Shown here: positions 49,412 through 53,618 of the stretch, piece after piece
Numbering within the stretch: the first letter of the stretch is position 1
How the letters are laid out: each line of letters begins with the position of its first letter
Assembly (NCBI GenBank): GCA_045542315.1
Contig: JAZQKU010000085.1
Location: forward strand, 1 to 53,618
Length of the DNA stretch: 53,618 bases
Direction: 5' to 3'
From: Eubacteriales bacterium
GTDB lineage: Bacteria; Bacillota; Clostridia; Oscillospirales; RGIG5299
The notes under the pieces: model-generated
Seen by the model: the letters and a program-made list of their open reading frames with translations, nothing else
Databases searched by the model: none
Told to the model about the DNA's origin: nothing
Made by a program: the position numbers and the translations under genes

Positions 49412-49630
49412 ATGTCAAAAGATGATGTTATTGAATTCGAAGGCACGGTAGTTGAATCACTGCCAAACGCAATGTTCGTAGTAGAACTCCCGAATAAGCA
49501 TAAAATACATGCTCATATTTCGGGCAAACTCAGAATGAATTATATACGCATACTGCCCGGCGATAAGGTCACGGTTGAAATGTCACCCTACGATCTTACC
49601 AAAGGCAGAATAACATGGCGCTCAAAGTAA
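49412..49630 (+). CDS. infA: Translation initiation factor IF-1
   Basis: [23 protein letters not shown]. Confidence 0.98.
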   Translation: MSKDDVIEFEGTVVESLPNAMFVVELPNKHKIHAHISGKLRMNYIRILPGDKVTVEMSPYDLTKGRITWRSK

Positions 49631-49653
49631 GCGCGTCGAAAGGATGAATCACA

Positions 49654-49767
49654 ATGAAGGTACGTTCCTCGGTAAAACCAATGTGTGAGAAATGCAAGGT
49701 CATCAGGCGTAAGGGCGCAGTGATGGTAATCTGCGAAAACAAAAAACACAAGCAGAAGCAAGGCTGA
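49654..49767 (+). CDS. rpmJ: 50S ribosomal protein L36
   Basis: Not in the ORF track. Translated by hand: [37 protein letters not shown]. Confidence 0.97.
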   Translation: MKVRSSVKPMCEKCKVIRRKGAVMVICENKKHKQKQG

Positions 49768-49782
49768 ACGGAGGTGTGTTAA

Positions 49783-50151
49783 ATGGCACGTATAGCAGGT
49801 ATCGATCTCCCCAAGGAGAAAAGAGTTGAAATCGGTCTTACCTACATTTACGGTATAGGCATCAACAAATCAAAAGAGCTGCTTGCAGCAACGGGAATCA
49901 ACCCCGACACAAGAGTTAAAGATCTTACCGACGATGAGAATGCGTTGATAAGAGATTACATCGACAAGAACTTCGTAGTTGAAGGCGACCTCAGAAGAGA
50001 CGTTTCTCTTGACATTAAGAGACTTGTTGAGATCCAGTGCTACAGAGGCACAAGACACAGAAAGGGCTTGCCTGTCAGAGGACAGAGAAGCAAGACCAAC
50101 GCAAGAACCAGAAAAGGTCCCAAGAAGACCATAGCTAACAAGAAGAAGTAA
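49783..50151 (+). CDS. rpsM: 30S ribosomal protein S13
   Basis: [28 protein letters not shown]. Confidence 0.98.
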   Translation: MARIAGIDLPKEKRVEIGLTYIYGIGINKSKELLAATGINPDTRVKDLTDDENALIRDYIDKNFVVEGDLRRDVSLDIKRLVEIQCYRGTRHRKGLPVRGQRSKTNARTRKGPKKTIANKKK

Positions 50152-50167
50152 TAGGAGGTTAGGATAA

Positions 50168-50566
50168 ATGGCTCAGAACGCAAAAAAGGCGGTTACCAGG
50201 AAGAGAAGAGAGCGCAAGAATATTGAAAGAGGCGCAGCTCATATCCAGTCCACCTTCAACAACACGATCGTAACGATCACCGACGTAGACGGCAATGCAC
50301 TTTCTTGGGCATCCGCCGGCGGACTCGGCTTCAGAGGCTCAAGAAAATCCACTCCCTTCGCAGCACAGCTTGCAGCTGAAACCGCAGCAAAGGCAGCTAT
50401 GGAGCACGGTCTTAAGAGCGTAGAGGTTTACGTTCGCGGCCCCGGTCAGGGAAGAGAAGCTGCTATCAGAGCGCTTCAGACAGCGGGACTCGAGATCAAC
50501 ATGATCAAAGACGTTACCCCCATTCCCCACAACGGTTGCAGACCGCCCAAAAGAAGAAGAGTATAA
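50168..50566 (+). CDS. rpsK: 30S ribosomal protein S11
   Basis: [27 protein letters not shown]. Confidence 0.98.
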   Translation: MAQNAKKAVTRKRRERKNIERGAAHIQSTFNNTIVTITDVDGNALSWASAGGLGFRGSRKSTPFAAQLAAETAAKAAMEHGLKSVEVYVRGPGQGREAAIRALQTAGLEINMIKDVTPIPHNGCRPPKRRRV

Positions 50567-50582
50567 CGGAGGTGCATGACTA

Positions 50583-51209
50583 ATGGCAAGATATACCGAT
50601 TCCGTCTGCCGTCTTTGCAGACGTGAAAACCAGAAATTGTTTTTAAAAGGCGAAAGATGCTATTCCGAGAAGTGCGCCATGAATAAGAGAGCATACGCTC
50701 CCGGCCAGCACGGTCAGGGCAGAAAGAAGATCTCTGAATACGGCACTCAGCTCAGAGAGAAGCAGAAGGCAAGAAGATTTTACGGCGTACTTGAGAGCCA
50801 GTTCGCAAAATACTACGAAATGGCTGTTAAGAAGTCCGGCATTACCGGTGAGAATTTGCTCCAAATCCTTGAGAGCAGACTCGACAACGTCGTTTACAGA
50901 GCAGGTTTTGCAATGTCGAGACCCGAAGCTCGTCAGCTCGTACGTCACGGTCATTTCACCGTAAACGGCAGCAAGGTAAATATTCCCTCTTATCTTGTTA
51001 AGGCAGGCGACGTAATCGCCATCAAGGAGAAGAGCCTTTCAAGCGAGAAGATCAAAGCAATCCTCGAGAAGAACGCAGGACGTCCCGTTCCGAAGTGGCT
51101 CGACGTTGACTTTGAGAACAAGGTCGCAAAGGTTATCACCCTCGCCGCAAGAGAAGATATCGATCTCCCCGTAGCAGAGCACATGATCGTCGAGCTTTAC
51201 TCCAAGTAA
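50583..51209 (+). CDS. rpsD: 30S ribosomal protein S4
   Basis: [30 protein letters not shown]. Confidence 0.98.
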   Translation: MARYTDSVCRLCRRENQKLFLKGERCYSEKCAMNKRAYAPGQHGQGRKKISEYGTQLREKQKARRFYGVLESQFAKYYEMAVKKSGITGENLLQILESRLDNVVYRAGFAMSRPEARQLVRHGHFTVNGSKVNIPSYLVKAGDVIAIKEKSLSSEKIKAILEKNAGRPVPKWLDVDFENKVAKVITLAAREDIDLPVAEHMIVELYSK

Positions 51210-51262
51210 TTCTCGTACCGTTGCTTTCAGGGAACCTATAAAATTAAATCAGGAGGGTAATT

Positions 51263-52213
51263 ATGATAGAGATCACGAAGCCGAATATAGCGGTGGAAGA
51301 TATGTCAGAAGACGGTCGCTATGCGAAGATCGTATTGGAACCGTTGGAGCGTGGCTATGGCATAACACTCGGAAACTCACTCAGAAGAGTATTATTGTCA
51401 ATATTACCTGGCGTTGCAGCAACCAGCGTTAAGATAGACGGAATTCAGCACGAATTTTCCACTATCGAAGGCGTTAAAGAAGACGTTACCGAAATTATCC
51501 TGAATATCAAGGGTATCCGTGCGAAGCTTTACTCCGACGGACCCAAGGTAGTTTATATCCAGGCAGAGGGCGAAGGCGTCGTTACTGCCGGCGATATCAA
51601 ATGTGATTCAGACGTTGAGATAATCAACAAAGACCTTTACATCGCTTCTCTTAACGAGGACGGTAAGCTCTTTATGGAGATCACACTTGATCACGGCAGA
51701 GGCTACGTGCCCGCAGAAAAGAATAAGCAGAACGGTCATCAGATAATCGGACTTATATCGGTTGACTCGATATATACTCCCGTATTAAAGGTAAACTACA
51801 CCGTTGAAAACACCCGTGTAGGCCAGATAACCGACTTCGATAAGCTTATCCTCGAGGTCTGGACCGACGGCACCATCGCCGCGCAGGATGCGGTAAGTAT
51901 GGCTGCAAAGGTTATGAGCGAGCATCTCGGACTCTTTGTTGATCTTTCCGCCGATGCACTTCAGGCAGGCGTATGGACCACACCCAAGGAGACTCGCAAA
52001 GAAAAGATATTTGAAATGACTATTGAAGAACTCGAGCTTTCAGTTCGTTCCTTCAACTGTCTTAAGAGAGCAGGCATCAACAATGTTGAGGATCTTGTAG
52101 CCAAGACTACCGACGACATGATGAAGGTGCGTAATCTCGGCAAGAAATCGCTCGACGAAGTCATCAACAAGCTCGATTCACTCGGCTTGAAACTTCAGGA
52201 CGACGAAGAATAA
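51263..52213 (+). CDS. rpoA: RNA polymerase alpha subunit
   Basis: [37 protein letters not shown]. Confidence 0.98.
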   Translation: MIEITKPNIAVEDMSEDGRYAKIVLEPLERGYGITLGNSLRRVLLSILPGVAATSVKIDGIQHEFSTIEGVKEDVTEIILNIKGIRAKLYSDGPKVVYIQAEGEGVVTAGDIKCDSDVEIINKDLYIASLNEDGKLFMEITLDHGRGYVPAEKNKQNGHQIIGLISVDSIYTPVLKVNYTVENTRVGQITDFDKLILEVWTDGTIAAQDAVSMAAKVMSEHLGLFVDLSADALQAGVWTTPKETRKEKIFEMTIEELELSVRSFNCLKRAGINNVEDLVAKTTDDMMKVRNLGKKSLDEVINKLDSLGLKLQDDEE

Positions 52214-52237
52214 TTCGAGCAAAAGGAGGATATTAAC

Positions 52238-52579
52238 ATGCCCGGCACAAGAAAATTAGGCAGACCTACTGCCTCAAGAATAGCAATGCTCCGTGCAATG
52301 GTAACGTATTTGCTTGAAAACGGCAGAATCGAGACCACTGAGACCAGAGCAAAGGAAGTCCGCAGCGTAGCAGAAAAAATGATTACGCTCGGCAAGAAAA
52401 ACACTTTAGCGGCACGCCGTCAGGCTTTAAGTTATATCACCAAGGAAAGCGTCGTTAAGAAGCTTTTTGAGGAGATAGCTCCCCAGTATGCGGAGCGCAA
52501 CGGCGGTTACACCCGCATTATCAAGACCGGTCCCCGTCGCGGCGACGCAGCTGAGATGGCGATCATTGAATTGATCTGA
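52238..52579 (+). CDS. rplQ: 50S ribosomal protein L17
   Basis: [28 protein letters not shown]. Confidence 0.98.
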   Translation: MPGTRKLGRPTASRIAMLRAMVTYLLENGRIETTETRAKEVRSVAEKMITLGKKNTLAARRQALSYITKESVVKKLFEEIAPQYAERNGGYTRIIKTGPRRGDAAEMAIIELI

Positions 52580-52634
52580 CGACTGTTGAAAGTCGATAGG
52601 GTATTAAAATACCCCGAGCTTCAATAACCGTTAA

Positions 52635-52658
52635 CGGGCTTTGCGAAAGCAAAGCCCG
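52635..52658. other. Perfect GAAA-tetraloop hairpin just upstream of tRNA-Ala (terminator or processing stem)
   Basis: CGGGCTTTGC-GAAA-GCAAAGCCCG. No strong U-tract follows. Confidence 0.55.
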
Positions 52659-52662
52659 ATAT

Positions 52663-52738
<76 letters not shown>

Positions 52739-52778
52739 AATAACAGAACCACCCAAAAGGGTGGTCTTATTATTTTTT
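52739..52778 (+). terminator. Terminator-like hairpin after tRNA-Ala
   Basis: ACCACCC-AAAA-GGGTGGT followed by a T-rich tract. Confidence 0.7.
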
Positions 52779-52791
52779 GCGAAGCAAAAAG

Positions 52792-52910
52792 AAGGGGGAT
52801 CGAACTGCGAATGGAAGCAGAAGCGCCGCGAAGCGGGGCAGATGCGACGGAGAAACAGTTCGGGGAACTGTTTCGAATTCGCCCAAAGGAGCGAAGCGAC
52901 TGCGAGAAAA
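52792..52910 (+). repeat. tRNA-linked structured element, copy at tRNA-Ala
   Basis: Begins AAGGGGGATCGAAC, the reverse complement of tRNA-Ala 52715-52728. Continues TGCGAATGG...GCAGATGCGACGGAGAAACAGTTC-GGG-GAACTGTTTCGAATTCGCCCAA...GCGAGAAAA, as in the tRNA-Arg copies. Confidence 0.9.
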
Positions 52911-53051
52911 CACATTTATATCAAGCAACCTCCATCGTTTCGATGGGGGTGTTAATTTGCTGTAAATGCAGCACTGCAAAAGCGTATAATATGAATTCGG
53001 ATAACCAAAATGATGAAAAGGCGCCATCTTGGTTACTAAATTATCATTGAA

Positions 53052-53080
53052 TTGACATATAAAAAAAAATGTGTTATAAT
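53052..53080 (+). promoter_or_regulatory. Consensus sigma-A promoter with extended -10 and an A9 run in the spacer
   Basis: TTGACA, 17-bp spacer, TATAAT with TG at 53072-53073; A9 at 53061-53069. Confidence 0.75.
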
Positions 53081-53180
53081 ATAACGGATTATAATTATTT
53101 TAAAAATATTAACGAGTAAAACGAGTTTATATGGGGAAACGTGGAAAAAGTTTAATATAAAACCATGTAAATTGGATTAA

Positions 53181-53529
53181 AGGTATCAAGTGTTTGCAAA
53201 ATATAAGCCGGATGTAGTATATCATGCTGCAGCGAATAAGCATGTTCCCTTGATGGAGGACAGTCCGTGTGAGTCTATAAAGAATAATGCTATCGGCACA
53301 TACAAAACTGCTTCCCTTTAATACAGATGAGTTTTTGCATCAGTTACAACTGCTTATGACAGCGGCGTATGACGGTCAAGAGGACTCCATCCGTGATCTT
53401 GTTGCCGAGGTTGTTCCCACATATCACCATGCAGGCGAACATGGCTCGGAAGATAAGGGTGAAGCATATACGCAACAGATGAAAATGGTAATGCAAAAAT
53501 GTGAGGAAAAGGTTGCGGCATTAAAATAA
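53181..53529 (+). pseudogene. Remnant of a CapD/PglF-type nucleotide-sugar dehydratase (polysaccharide biosynthesis protein)
   Basis: One frame gives QVFAKYKPDVVYHAAANKHVPLMEDSPCESIKNNAIGTYKTA, with no start codon and a stop at 53319-53321. It is joined out of frame at ~53312 to a C-terminal-like segment PFNTDEFLHQL...VVPTY. Confidence 0.8.
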
Positions 53530-53562
53530 CCAAAGGACAGAAAAGAATTGAGGGATATGTGT

Positions 53563-53618
53563 ATGAAAATGGAAGTATTCAAAAACAAAGTATGGCTTGC
53601 CACACCGACAATGCACGG
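53563..53618 (+). CDS. Start of a probable DegT/DnrJ/EryC1/StrS sugar aminotransferase (truncated by the window end)
   Basis: MKMEVFKNKVWLATPTMH resembles the N-terminus of PglE/EpsN-like aminotransferases. GAGGGA RBS; follows the dehydratase remnant. Only 18 codons are visible. Confidence 0.55.
   Translation, partial: MKMEVFKNKVWLATPTMH

Noticed and set aside
3334-52404. Many long antisense or alternate-frame ORFs (e.g. 3334-4341, 13931-14695, 38651-39484, 45376-45861)
   Set aside because: Shadows of well-supported housekeeping genes caused by biased codon usage. They show no motifs or ribosome-binding sites.
53287-53529. 80-aa ORF as an intact small gene
   Set aside because: Its ATG lies out of frame inside the CapD-like fragment, and the rest resembles the C-terminus of that same broken gene.

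Overview
Chromosomal window from a Clostridia-class Firmicute. This is inferred from gene order, SpoVAE, and AGGAG ribosome-binding sites with sigma-A-type promoters. Most of it is housekeeping DNA: serC-serA, a class A PBP, the smc-ftsY-rph-rdgB-queH-nadD/yqeK-rsfS-leuS-alaS-murA-yycJ-rlmH-pgm run, and the complete S10-spc-alpha ribosomal protein cluster. The unusual material sits just downstream of the two tRNA genes, tRNA-Arg(CCG) at 29351-29427 and tRNA-Ala(CGC) at 52663-52738. Both are followed by the same ~120-140 bp structured non-coding element, found in 4 copies or fragments. In the copy next to each tRNA, the first 14 nt are the exact reverse complement of that tRNA's T-arm region. 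The stems show a compensatory base change, and three copies end in a duplicated 19-nt tRNA- or tmRNA-like 3' end. At tRNA-Arg these units form a tandem array. They bracket a GTGAAAT/ATTTCAC hairpin array and two beta-helix lipoprotein genes, with no integrase present. At tRNA-Ala the element marks the junction into AT-rich surface-polysaccharide DNA. This is the best candidate for an undescribed tRNA-anchored, structure-guided cassette or mobile system; its mechanism is inference only. Smaller oddities are an L30 with a ~125-aa histone-H1-like tail, an L24 with an insertion in its KOW loop, and a divergent Arc-repressor/SLOG module.
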